Shown: positions 37,323 through 48,513 of the stretch, piece after piece
How positions within the stretch are numbered: the stretch's first letter is position 1
Layout: every line of letters starts with the position of its first letter
Source: Candidatus Calditenuis fumarioli
GTDB lineage: Archaea > Thermoproteota > Nitrososphaeria_A > Caldarchaeales > Calditenuaceae
Reading direction: 5' to 3'
NCBI GenBank assembly: GCA_030059665.1
Contig: JANVYR010000002.1
Location: 480,001-544,000 of the forward strand
DNA: 64,000 nucleotides
Notes under the pieces: model-generated
What the model saw: only the letters and a program-made list of their open reading frames with translations
What the model was told of the DNA's origin: nothing
The model's database searches: none
Program-made: the position numbers and the translations under genes

Positions 37323-38942
37323 GTGCTTGCGGAGTCGGCGCGGGGTGGTCGAATCGATTACGTCGAGCTTCTGGACACGACCCTCAGGGACGGCTCACAG
37401 ACGAGAGGCGTAACCTTCACCCTCCGCGACAAAATCAGGGTGGCGCAGCTTCTCGACGAGCTGGGAGTGGACCTGATAGAGGCAGGCTGGCCCGGTTCCA
37501 ACCCGAAGGACTCCCTGGTGTTCAAGGCGCTGAGGGAGGCGGGGCTATCCAGGAGCAGGGTCGCGGCGTTCGGCAGCACCCGCAGGAAGGACCTCAGGCC
37601 CGAGCAGGACCAGTCGCTCAACGCGATACTCGAGGCCGACGTCCCGGTCGCTGTGATCTTCGGGAAGTCCTGGACGCTTCACGTGACCGAGGTTCTGAGG
37701 TGCTCGCTGGAGGAGAACCTGAGGATGGTGACCGAGTCGGTGGAGTACCTGGTCGATCACGGGCTCGAGGTGGTCTTCGACGCGGAGCACTTCTTCGACG
37801 GTTACAAGGACTCGCCGGGTTACGCGGTCTCCGTGCTGAGGGCCGCGCTGGAGGGCGGTGCGAGGGCCGTGGTCCTCTGCGACACCAACGGCGGCTCCCT
37901 ACCCCACGAGGTTGAGTCGATCGTCAGGGAGGTGCGGGAACTGCTGAAGTCGGGGGTGACGCTGGGCGTACACACCCACAACGACGCCGGCTGCGCGGTC
38001 GCCAACACGATCGTTGCAGTGAAAGAGGGGGTGAGGCACGTACAGGGGACGATGATCGGACTGGGGGAGAGGTGCGGCAACGCTGACCTTACGCAGGTAA
38101 TTCCGGCGCTGGTGCTGAAGATGGGCCTAGACTGCCTCGGTGGCGGTGCGAGGGAGAAGCTGCGCAGGCTGAGGGAGGTGGCGCTGACGGTCTCCGAGCT
38201 CACGGGGTTCCCGGTCATGCCCAACCACCCGTACATCGGAAGGAACGCCTTCGCTCACAAGGCCGGAGTCCACATCGACGCGGTGCTGAAGAACCCGAGG
38301 GCCTACGAGCACGTCGATCCCTCCTCGGTCGGTAACGAGAGGTCCTTCTCGGTCTCGGAGCTCGCTGGGAGGGCGACGATCGTCGAGGCCGCGAGGCGCC
38401 TCGGGATAGAGCTGAGCAGGGAGGAGGCAGGGCGGGTGCTGGAGGAGGTGAAGAGGATGGAGGCGGACGGTCACCACCTCGAGGGAGCCGAGGCGACGGT
38501 CACGCTGCTCCTGCTGAGGTCTCTCGGTAGGCTCGTCGAACCCTTCAGGCTCGTCTCCTGGCACGTCGAGACCGGGTACGAGGGCAGTCGAGGGCTGAAC
38601 TCGAGGGCGACCGTAACCGTGGCCGTCGGCGACTCGATCGTCTCCTCCTCAGGGGAGGGCGTGGGCCCAGTGCACGCGCTGGACGTGGCCCTCAGGAGGG
38701 CCCTTGTGATCAGGTTCAGGCAGCTCGAGGACGTCAGGCTGACCAATTACAAGGTCTCCGTGATAGGCTCCGACGACGGAACGTCGGCCTCGGTCAGGGT
38801 CTACACGGAGTTCAGCATCGGGCACAGGACGTGGTCCACCACCTCGGTCTCGAGGAACGTCGTCGACGCCAGCGTAAAGGCCCTGGTCGACGGATACGTC
38901 TACGCGCTCGCCTTCGGGCTTCAGGGGGACCGCAGCACCTGA
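37323..38942 (+). CDS. cimA: Citramalate synthase (IPM synthase family, bacterial CimA type)
   Basis: LDTTLRDGSQ, IEAGWPGSNPKD, IFGKSWTLHV, FDAEHFFDGYK, HTHNDAGCAVAN, AFAHKAGVH. Confidence 0.88.
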   Translation: MLAESARGGRIDYVELLDTTLRDGSQTRGVTFTLRDKIRVAQLLDELGVDLIEAGWPGSNPKDSLVFKALREAGLSRSRVAAFGSTRRKDLRPEQDQSLNAILEADVPVAVIFGKSWTLHVTEVLRCSLEENLRMVTESVEYLVDHGLEVVFDAEHFFDGYKDSPGYAVSVLRAALEGGARAVVLCDTNGGSLPHEVESIVREVRELLKSGVTLGVHTHNDAGCAVANTIVAVKEGVRHVQGTMIGLGERCGNADLTQVIPALVLKMGLDCLGGGAREKLRRLREVALTVSELTGFPVMPNHPYIGRNAFAHKAGVHIDAVLKNPRAYEHVDPSSVGNERSFSVSELAGRATIVEAARRLGIELSREEAGRVLEEVKRMEADGHHLEGAEATVTLLLLRSLGRLVEPFRLVSWHVETGYEGSRGLNSRATVTVAVGDSIVSSSGEGVGPVHALDVALRRALVIRFRQLEDVRLTNYKVSVIGSDDGTSASVRVYTEFSIGHRTWSTTSVSRNVVDASVKALVDGYVYALAFGLQGDRST

Positions 38943-39008
38943 GCTGACGCACCGGTTCCTTCAGGGGCAGCAAATACGTGATTAATGAGGACGACGCGGT
39001 GAGTTGGG

Positions 39009-40786
<1,778 letters not shown>

Positions 40787-40799
<13 letters not shown>

Positions 40800-42214
40800 G
40801 GGCCGGTGATGGCCCTGTGAAGAGTGGAGCGGGAGAACTGGAGGGCGTGCTCGAGGCCGCCAGGCGGATCGCTGTGCCCACGGAGTACGAGGAGAGGAGG
40901 CTCAGGACTGTAGCGGAGAGGGTTCTGAGGGCCGTTGAGGAGGCCTTCAGGGGCGTTGAGGGCCACGTCAGGACGACCCTCGAGGGATCGGCGGCCAAGG
41001 GGACCTGGATAAGGTCGAGGCCCGAGGTGGACGTCTTCGTCCACTTCTCACCGGGCGTGGGCAGGGAGCTGCTGGAGAAGATGGTGGTCGAGCGGGGTTC
41101 GAGGGCGCTCGAGGACATCGGTGCGAGCTGGAGGCTCAGGTACGCAGACCATCCATACGTGGAGGGCTTCCTCGGCGACGTGACCGTGAACGTCGTCGGA
41201 TGCTACGCAACGGAGCCCGGAAAATGGCTGAGCCCCGTCGACAGGACTCCCTACCACACGAGGTACGTCCTCTCGAGGCTCGACGACCGCCTCAGGACAG
41301 AGATCAGGCTGGCGAAGGCGTTCATGCGCGGGATCGGCGTCTACGGCGCTGAGCTCAGGATCAGCGGGTTCAGCGGCTACCTCACGGAGCTGCTGGTCCT
41401 GAGGTTCAACGGTTTCCTAGAGCTCCTCAGGGACGGATCGGGATGGAGGCCCGGGAAGGCGATAGACATGACCGGTACCTTCACGGAGGAGGAGCTGAGG
41501 GCTCTCTTCCCCAACAGCCCTCTGATCGTCACGGACCCCGTGGACAGGAACAGGAACGTCGCATCGGCCGTTAGCCTGACCCGCTTCTCTGAGTTCGTGC
41601 TGGCATCGAGGCTCTTCCTCTCCTCTCCGTCACTGAGCTTCTTCGATCCGAGGCCACCGTTCCGCGGTGACGTGAGACCCCTCCTCGGGTGCTTGATGGC
41701 GGTGAGGCTGAGAGATTTGCCGTCGCTGCCGGCCGACACGCTCTGGGGAGAGGTCCTAAAGTTCTGCAGGAGCGTCGAGCGTCGCCTTCAGAGGGAGGGC
41801 TTCGTCGTCAGGAGGTGGGCCGCGGAGTCGAACGGCGACGAGGTGCTGCTGCTCTTCGACATCGAATCCCTGGAGCTGCCACCGCTGGAGCTGAGGGTCG
41901 GACCACCGGTCTGGTTGAGGAACGCGGAGGACTTCGTGGGGGAGCACCTGAGGGACCAGCTCACCGTCGCGGGCCCCTGGGTCTCGGGCGAGCGTCTCTA
42001 CGTCCTCAAGAGGAGGGCCCTGAGGTCGGCGAGGGACCTTCTGCTCCGCTGGATCGAGCGCGGTGAGGTCTCGGTGCCCAAGGACGTGGCACCCTCCATA
42101 AGGAGCGCAGAGGTCTTCGAGGTAACGGAGGAGAGGCTCCGGGAGCTCAGGGAATCGGGTTATTCGGCGTTCCTGGACGCCTTCATCGACGGCAGGCCTC
42201 CGTTCCTCCGGTGA
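40787..42214 (+). CDS. cca: CCA-adding enzyme (class I)
   Basis: GSAAKGTWI...EVDVFV, YADHPYV, VDRTPYHT, GFSGYLTELLV, DPVDRNRNVASA. Confidence 0.93.
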
Positions 42215-42323
42215 TTCAGCATCTCCAGCACACCATAACGACGCAACGCGGAAGTACCGGAAGTCTTGACACGATAATCCTAGCTTTAACGCATAAATAT
42301 TATGCAACGGAGCCAAGAACTGG

Positions 42324-43223
42324 ATGTTAGAGGAAGCCATAAGGAAGATCGAGGAGCTCCGTCAACGTGCGGAGAAGTTCAGGGCGGAGCTGAGCAAGAA
42401 CGAGATGCTGACGAGGTACGCGCTGATCGATCCATTTCTCCGGCTTCTGGGCTGGAACACCGAGGACCCGACACAGGTGAAGCCTGAGTACTCGACGGGT
42501 GCGGGCAGGCCGGACTACGCGCTGATGAAAGACGACGGGACCATTCTGGCGTTCATAGGCGCGAAGAGCTTGGGCAAGACCGAGGACCTGACCCAGTACA
42601 TAGCCTACTGCGTCCAGGTGGGCGTCAGGTACTTCGTCGCCACCGACGGCGTGAGGTGGGAGGTCTATGACGCTCTCAAGGAGAGGCCCCTGTCGGAGAA
42701 GAGGATCACCAGCTGGGACATCTTGAACGAAAAACCCGGTGAGGTCCTGAGGAAGGCGTTCGTCCTCTTCAGGTTCGCGCCCTTCAGCGGAGAGGCTCCG
42801 GCTCCGATCGGGCAGGCGCAGCCACAGGTCAACGTGAAGGTCGATGAGACCGAAGGCGTCCCGCTCTCCGACCTCAGAGTGAAACCGGGTTCAGCGCTTC
42901 CCTACAGGATCATCAGGTTCCCCGACGGACGGGAGTATGAGGTGCGATGGTGGAATGACCTTCTGGAGCAATCTGCCAAGTGGCTGGTCGAGACCGGGCG
43001 GTTGACCCGCGACAAACTGCCGATTCCGTTAGGTGGGACACGCTACCTCGTCCATCACGAACCTGTGCATCCTAATGGAAAGAGGTTTCGCAACCCTAAA
43101 CACATAGGCGATTTCTGGGTCGAAACACATGACTCCGCTGAACGGTTAGTCGAGCAGGCGACGCGCCTCCTGCAGCAGTACGGCAATGTGGACCCGAGGC
43201 AGGTCATACTTCTGAAACGGTGA
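42324..43223 (+). CDS. HsdR_N-like PD-(D/E)xK nuclease fused to a SeqA-C/RAMA-like C-terminal domain
   Basis: NEMLTRYALIDPFLRLLGW...VKPEY...PDYAL...GAK...QY..Y...ATDGVRW; C-terminal TRYLV...NGK...PKHIGDFWVET. Confidence 0.7.
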   Translation: MLEEAIRKIEELRQRAEKFRAELSKNEMLTRYALIDPFLRLLGWNTEDPTQVKPEYSTGAGRPDYALMKDDGTILAFIGAKSLGKTEDLTQYIAYCVQVGVRYFVATDGVRWEVYDALKERPLSEKRITSWDILNEKPGEVLRKAFVLFRFAPFSGEAPAPIGQAQPQVNVKVDETEGVPLSDLRVKPGSALPYRIIRFPDGREYEVRWWNDLLEQSAKWLVETGRLTRDKLPIPLGGTRYLVHHEPVHPNGKRFRNPKHIGDFWVETHDSAERLVEQATRLLQQYGNVDPRQVILLKR

Positions 43224-43342
43224 GGGCGCGGGGTCAGGGTGAGCTGGGCTCCTCATCCGTCGTCGGATACTGCGACCCTCTTCATCCCCCATCTGCCGGT
43301 CGACGCGGTGAAATTTAGCCACGAGGCAGGACATATTAGGGC

Positions 43343-44068
43343 TTGGACTGGGTGGAGCTGCGCGCCCTGCCGGCCGAGCTGAGGCTCCAGCTCTCCTACC
43401 CGAGGAGGGTGCCGGGGTACGCCGAGCGGGTCCTGCGGGACATGGAGGCGCTCGGGGTGGAGAGGGTGGCGGTCGAGGGCGGGTCGCTGGTCCTTCTCGG
43501 GAAGGGCTTCAGGAACGCGGTCTTCCTCGTCGCGACGGAGAGGGGCGAGGCGGCCCTCAAGGTCAGGCGAGACGACGCTCCCTCCACCAGCGTAGGTCGG
43601 GAAGCCTTGGTTCACGCGGCCGCCAACAGGGCGGGCGTCGGGCCCATCCTCTTCGGAAGCGGCGAGCACTCGCTCCTGATGGAGGTCGTCGTGGGCAGGC
43701 CGCTAAGGCTCTGGTTGGAAGAGGCCTCGGGCGAGGAGGTGAGGCGCGTGGTGGGCGAGGTGCTGAGACAGTGCAGGGCACTCGACCTCGCGGGGATAGA
43801 CCACGGAGAGCTCTCGAGGGCCAGAAAGCACGTGATCGTCACAGCCGATGCATCGGTCAAGCTTATCGACTTCGGCGCGGCCAGGTTCAGCTCAAGGCCC
43901 AGGAACGTCACCTCGATCGTGCGCTACCTAACGTCGAGAGAGGTCATGCAGTTGCTGGAGGAGAAGCTGGGATCTCCGGAGCTGGATCTCGAGCTGGTGA
44001 GGGAGTACGCGAGAACGCTCTCCGAGGAGTCCTACAGGAGGGTCCTCTCCTCGCTCAGGGTGATCTGA
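43343..44068 (+). CDS. Archaeal Ser/Thr kinase (RIO/Bud32-like)
   Basis: LGKGFRNAV, ALKVRR, E, HGELSRA.KHV, IDFG. Confidence 0.85.
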   Translation: MDWVELRALPAELRLQLSYPRRVPGYAERVLRDMEALGVERVAVEGGSLVLLGKGFRNAVFLVATERGEAALKVRRDDAPSTSVGREALVHAAANRAGVGPILFGSGEHSLLMEVVVGRPLRLWLEEASGEEVRRVVGEVLRQCRALDLAGIDHGELSRARKHVIVTADASVKLIDFGAARFSSRPRNVTSIVRYLTSREVMQLLEEKLGSPELDLELVREYARTLSEESYRRVLSSLRVI

Positions 44069-44095
44069 GGTACCGTTTTTCACAGACCGTTAGCG

Positions 44096-44863
44096 GTGTG
44101 TCCCGTGGTCAGGCTCGAGGAGGTCGCGGAGGGATGCCCGGAGACGACCAGGCTCTACCTCGAGGACGCGTACCTCAGGGAGGTGGAGGCAGAGGTGATC
44201 CGGTACGTACCCGAGACCAAGAAGTCGGGGTACCTGGTGCTCGACGCGACGATCTTCCACCCGAAGGGAGGCGGGCAGCCTAGCGATACGGGTGAGGTGG
44301 TAGCGTCCGACGGATCGCGCTTCAGGGTGAGGAAGGTCCTCGAGGCAGGGCCGGTCGTTGTGCACTACGGCCAGGTCGTTCAGGGCGATCCGCCTACCGG
44401 CAGGGTCAGGCTCCTCCTGGACTGGGAACCACGGTATCAGGTGATGAGGTATCACACTGCGGGACACGTGCTCGACCACGCGGTCCTCAGCGTCGTGGGA
44501 GGCGATTTGAGATCGGCTTCGGCCTTCCACGGCCCTCCCGAGGGGTACATCGAGTTCGAGGGGGAGCTGGGCGCTGTGGACCCGAGGGCGCTCGAGGCCG
44601 AGGCCAACCGCGTCGTGGGTGAGGACAGGAGGGTCTACGCGATCTGGGTCGGGAAGGAGGAGCTCCCGGGGAAAGTGAAAGGGGCTTTCAACCTCTCGCG
44701 GCTGCCGGACCTGCCGAGGTACCGGGTGGTCGTGATCGAGGGGATCAACGCGATACCGTGTGGAGGGACCCACGTCTCGCGCACAGGAGAGGTCGGAAAA
44801 GTTCGGGTTACGGGGATCGACGTCTCCGGAGGTCTGAGCAGGGTCAGGTACAGGGTGGAGTGA
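44096..44863 (+). CDS. alaX: AlaX trans-editing protein (alanyl-tRNA editing)
   Basis: TRLYLED.Y, TIFHPKGGGQPSDTG, MRYHTAGHVL, PCGGTHV. Confidence 0.92.
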   Translation: MCPVVRLEEVAEGCPETTRLYLEDAYLREVEAEVIRYVPETKKSGYLVLDATIFHPKGGGQPSDTGEVVASDGSRFRVRKVLEAGPVVVHYGQVVQGDPPTGRVRLLLDWEPRYQVMRYHTAGHVLDHAVLSVVGGDLRSASAFHGPPEGYIEFEGELGAVDPRALEAEANRVVGEDRRVYAIWVGKEELPGKVKGAFNLSRLPDLPRYRVVVIEGINAIPCGGTHVSRTGEVGKVRVTGIDVSGGLSRVRYRVE

Positions 44864-44868
44864 GTGGG

Positions 44869-45153
44869 TCAGATGAACTCGGTCGGCTTCCGCTCCTCCC
44901 TCGCACGCACCTTCAGCACGCCGTAGTGGATGGCGCACGAGATGCAGAGGTTCTGGGTGATCACGTTCTCAGCAATGTACGCGCCCATCGACTTCAGCTC
45001 CCTCGCGAGATCGCCCCTGACCAGCGACACCCTCCTGGTGACCCTCTGCGCTTTGCTGCGGGGAACGAAGGCTCCGCAGTTGTCGCACTGGACCATCGGC
45101 TCTGAGCCCTTCTGGCCCTTCGCCCTCCCACGGTTCTTCCGCTTGACCGGCAT
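44869..45153 (-). CDS. rps26e: 30S ribosomal protein S26e
   Basis: MPVKRKNRGRAKG...VQCDNCG..VPRSKA...CISCAIH. Confidence 0.96.
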   Translation of the reverse strand: MPVKRKNRGRAKGQKGSEPMVQCDNCGAFVPRSKAQRVTRRVSLVRGDLARELKSMGAYIAENVITQNLCISCAIHYGVLKVRAREERKPTEFI

Positions 45154-45285
45154 GACCGGACCTCCTTCACCTCACCAGCTATAAAGCGTTCCGGGCCAAC
45201 CAGAGGGTACGGCCCTCTGCGTCACCCGTGGAGGGGAGATGCGTCGGCGATGCGGTCTCGAAGGTCGACGTTCAGAAAGACGTGA

Positions 45286-46665
45286 TCAGCGTCTGCGGTA
45301 GTAGAACGCCTTGTAGTGCGTACCGAAGATGTCCTCTGGCCTCCTGCCCACCTCCTCGGGCTCGATGTAGGTCTCCATCACCTGCGCGGGATCCAGGTCC
45401 TCGCCGGCGGGTCCGAGCCACTTCCTCTCGAGCAGGTACCTAATGCCCCACCTGACCTCGGGCACGTCGATCTCCCTGATCACCGGCTCGAAGAACCCGA
45501 AGGCGATGAGCTTGACCGCCTCTTCCCTCGGTATGCCCCTGCACATCAGGTAGAAGAGGTGCTCTGGGTCGATCTGCGCGACGCTGGCCGAGTGCGTCGC
45601 CTTGACGTTGTCCGTCTCTATCTCGAGCCCCGGTATGGCGTCGGCCCTCGCCTCGGGACTCAGAAGCATCGCGTGCTCCGCGAGGTACGCACCGGTGTTC
45701 TTCGCCTCCCTCTCGATCCTGATGATCCCCTTGAAGAGCGTCCTGGACCTTCCTCCGCCGATGCCCTTCGCGTGGACCCTCCCCACCGTGTCTGGCGCGA
45801 CGTGCTTCAGGTTCAGCGTGACGTCGAACATCTGGGTTCCACCGGTCATCGTCACCTCCAGAGCGTCGGCCCTCGCCCCTCTGCCCGCGAGGACGTTGTC
45901 GACCCTGTACTTCGCCTTGCCTCCACCGATGAGCGCTCCGGACCAGAACTGGTGAGCGTCGTTTCCTGTGACGGACCTGCTGAACGAGACGAAGACCGAT
46001 TCCTCCGATAGGTTCTCGAGCACCGCGTACCTGACCCTCGACCCGTTCCCTCCCAGCACGTGCACGATGTTGCCGATCAGAACAGGTCCGTCCAGCGAGT
46101 GGTACTCGTCCACCACCCGAACGTCGGTGTTGTCGCCGGCGATCACCAGGGTGTAGGCCGACGTGGCGCTGTTCCTTCCGGAACCCGCCCAGACGAACCT
46201 GACCCTGACCGGCTCATCGACCCCGCTCGGGACCTTGACCAGCGCCCCCGAGTTCAGCCTCGATACGAGGTAAGTCAGGGGCCTGCTCTCGTCGAGCCTC
46301 ACGCCTTCCTCAATTCCCCTCCTGACCTCGGCCTCGGCCCTCCTCAGCGCCTCCTCCAGCGACAGGGCCACCACGCCCCTCCTCGAGTAGGCCTCTGGTA
46401 CCCTGATCAGCGCGGGCCAGCCGTCGACGTGGAGCACCACCACCTCCTCCACCTCCTCGAGACCCCTGAACCGCTCTGGCAACGATTCGGACTCGTGCGT
46501 CTCGAAGTCCCAATCCCTGCCCTCTAGGTCCTGCGAGACCGGGATGTGGTGCTTAACGTACAGCGGGCTAGCCTCCTCCCCTATCGACTGGTACGCGGCC
46601 CTCGCCCTCTCCCTCAGCTGCGCCAGCCACCCCGGAACCCCTTTCATACCGGCTCCCAATCGCAC
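45286..46665 (-). CDS. sufD: SufD-like Fe-S assembly SufBD family protein
   Basis: Beta-helix core, FKGIIRI, DAIPGLEIETDNVKATHSASVAQIDPEHLFYLMCRGI. Confidence 0.85.
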   Translation of the reverse strand: MRLGAGMKGVPGWLAQLRERARAAYQSIGEEASPLYVKHHIPVSQDLEGRDWDFETHESESLPERFRGLEEVEEVVVLHVDGWPALIRVPEAYSRRGVVALSLEEALRRAEAEVRRGIEEGVRLDESRPLTYLVSRLNSGALVKVPSGVDEPVRVRFVWAGSGRNSATSAYTLVIAGDNTDVRVVDEYHSLDGPVLIGNIVHVLGGNGSRVRYAVLENLSEESVFVSFSRSVTGNDAHQFWSGALIGGGKAKYRVDNVLAGRGARADALEVTMTGGTQMFDVTLNLKHVAPDTVGRVHAKGIGGGRSRTLFKGIIRIEREAKNTGAYLAEHAMLLSPEARADAIPGLEIETDNVKATHSASVAQIDPEHLFYLMCRGIPREEAVKLIAFGFFEPVIREIDVPEVRWGIRYLLERKWLGPAGEDLDPAQVMETYIEPEEVGRRPEDIFGTHYKAFYYRRR

Positions 46666-46909
46666 CTCACCTTATTTCCGTATCACGCCCTACGTCTGCG
46701 TTGTAGTTCCTCCACCGATCGGTTGGGACCTTGAACGATGGAATCGGTCATCACCGTCCCTCCGCAGTCCGGCGAGCGACCTCTTCCGTTAACCATGAAG
46801 ATCGAGGGCCTCGGGGACCGCTGACCTCGATCAGGAGCGCAACCATATCGACTAAGGCGGAGAGACCTCACACAGCAAGCGCGGTGAAACCGCAGACTAC
46901 CTGCTCTTC

Positions 46910-47341
46910 TCAGTCCAGAATCCATTCGCTAACCTCGTTCAGCAGATGCTCTAACGACTCCTGAAGCTTGCTCTGCTGGAGGTTCACGGAGTACCCCCTC
47001 GACGTCCTAACGATCAACCTCTCGCTTGGATGTCGGTATCTATCCAAAATTTTCTTGAGCTTTTCTTTGTCGAAATCCGGCAAGTCCTGCAGCTCCTCCG
47101 GAGTTAAAGCCGGTGACCCCGAGTGTCCCAGCGCGAAGGAGTATGCGCGACCGAGGAGTAGGGCCATCAGCGAGAGGTCTTCACGGCCCGGAATCTCGAG
47201 CAGCAGCACGACCTCGCCGTTGTCCAGCACCTTAACGACCTTGGTTAACTTCGCCTCATACCTCCTGAAGACCCTCAAGATTTCACGTCGACTGATCAGT
47301 AGCGCGCTTCTGACGACGTGCTTTTGGGCGCGCTGCGGCAT
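46910..47341 (-). CDS. Hypothetical wHTH-like protein (143 aa), paralogue of 47344-47763
   Basis: In-frame ATG at 47341, 2 nt after the upstream stop; shares the pattern vkv.enG.V.l...llLlgR..a..G..dSpa. Confidence 0.6.
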   Translation of the reverse strand: MPQRAQKHVVRSALLISRREILRVFRRYEAKLTKVVKVLDNGEVVLLLEIPGREDLSLMALLLGRAYSFALGHSGSPALTPEELQDLPDFDKEKLKKILDRYRHPSERLIVRTSRGYSVNLQQSKLQESLEHLLNEVSEWILD

Positions 47342-47343
47342 GG

Positions 47344-47763
47344 CTAGACCGAGACGCCTCCCCCATGGGGCTGTTCGACCAGCCTTTGGAGCCTCTGCTT
47401 CAGTGATAATATCCCTCCGATCGCGATCTCGTAACCCGCAGCTCCTCTTTTGATCTCGCCGTACCTCACACAATTCGCCAATCTTGGAGAGACCGTGGTT
47501 GCGGGCAGTGAGAGGGCCTCTGCTATATCTCTGAGGCGCGCGGCCGGTGAGTCCACGAGACCTGCTATATGCGCCAACTTCCTCCCAACAAGGTACAACA
47601 GGATCAGCTCCGTTTGCGTCACCAGCGACCTGTCGACGGTCAGTATGACGGTTCCGTCCTCGGTCAATTGTATGAAGCGCTTGAAGAACTTGATGTCGTC
47701 TTCCGTGAGCGTCTCGGATCTGACCATCTCCCTCCTGATCAGCTCCCTCAGGTCCTCTCCCAA
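47344..47763 (-). CDS. Hypothetical winged-helix DNA-binding protein
   Basis: LRDIAEALSLPATTVSPRLANCVRYGEIKRGAAGYEI resembles an HTH plus wing. Confidence 0.7.
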   Translation of the reverse strand: MGEDLRELIRREMVRSETLTEDDIKFFKRFIQLTEDGTVILTVDRSLVTQTELILLYLVGRKLAHIAGLVDSPAARLRDIAEALSLPATTVSPRLANCVRYGEIKRGAAGYEIAIGGILSLKQRLQRLVEQPHGGGVSV

Positions 47764-48026
47764 CTCTGCGCATCGAAATCTGGGTCCGGAATCTAAAGGT
47801 TTGTCACCTCATTATCCGCGCTGCATTCCGGCGCTCGAACAACTGCGGTCCTTTACGTGGTCCTGACGGCCGACGCGTTGGCTCCTCGACGCACGAAATC
47901 GACCCCAAACAGGCCCAACATGCGGCAGCGAGTCCGACCTGAACCTCCTAGGGCGGCGTACTGTAGCCGCGGATTCGCCGATCTCCGCAACGCCCTCCTC
48001 AGACCGATAGCTATCGCTTCAGAGGC

Positions 48027-48419
48027 TCAGGCAGCCTTCCAGGCCTTCAGCCCCTCCCGGCCCTTCTCGAGGAGCGTCTTCCGGTATTCGTCGCTGAGAT
48101 CGAGCTGAACGATCATCACGTTCGAGACGTGTATCGGCACCCGGACCTCGGTCCCGTCGACCTTCTTACGCGTCACGTTCTCGAGGTAGACGAACTGCCT
48201 CTCCCTGTCGACCTCCACGACCTTCGCTGTAACGCCCTTGTACTCTCCTCTGAGGACCTTGACCGTGTCTCCCGTCCTGACCGGCAGCGACCTCCTTCCG
48301 TACTTCTCCCTCAGCTCAGGCGAGAGGTGGGCGGACATCAGCTTGTGCGGCCAAACCCGGGTCAGGATCCTCCTGAGAACCCGCTGCTTCCTCGGCTTCG
48401 ACGACGTCACCGTCACCAC
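48027..48419 (-). CDS. rpl24: 50S ribosomal protein L24
   Basis: SSKPRKQR, LMSAHLSPELREKYG.RSLPVRTGDTVKVLRG, PIHVSNVMI. Confidence 0.96.
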   Translation of the reverse strand: MVTVTSSKPRKQRVLRRILTRVWPHKLMSAHLSPELREKYGRRSLPVRTGDTVKVLRGEYKGVTAKVVEVDRERQFVYLENVTRKKVDGTEVRVPIHVSNVMIVQLDLSDEYRKTLLEKGREGLKAWKAA

Positions 48420-48513
48420 GCCGCCTCACCTGGGCGTCCATGCCCCATCGCTTTGTAATAACCCCAATCCCGAGAGGTTCGGAGGTGAGAGGTGAACGCG
48501 CGACGGAGCCCTG

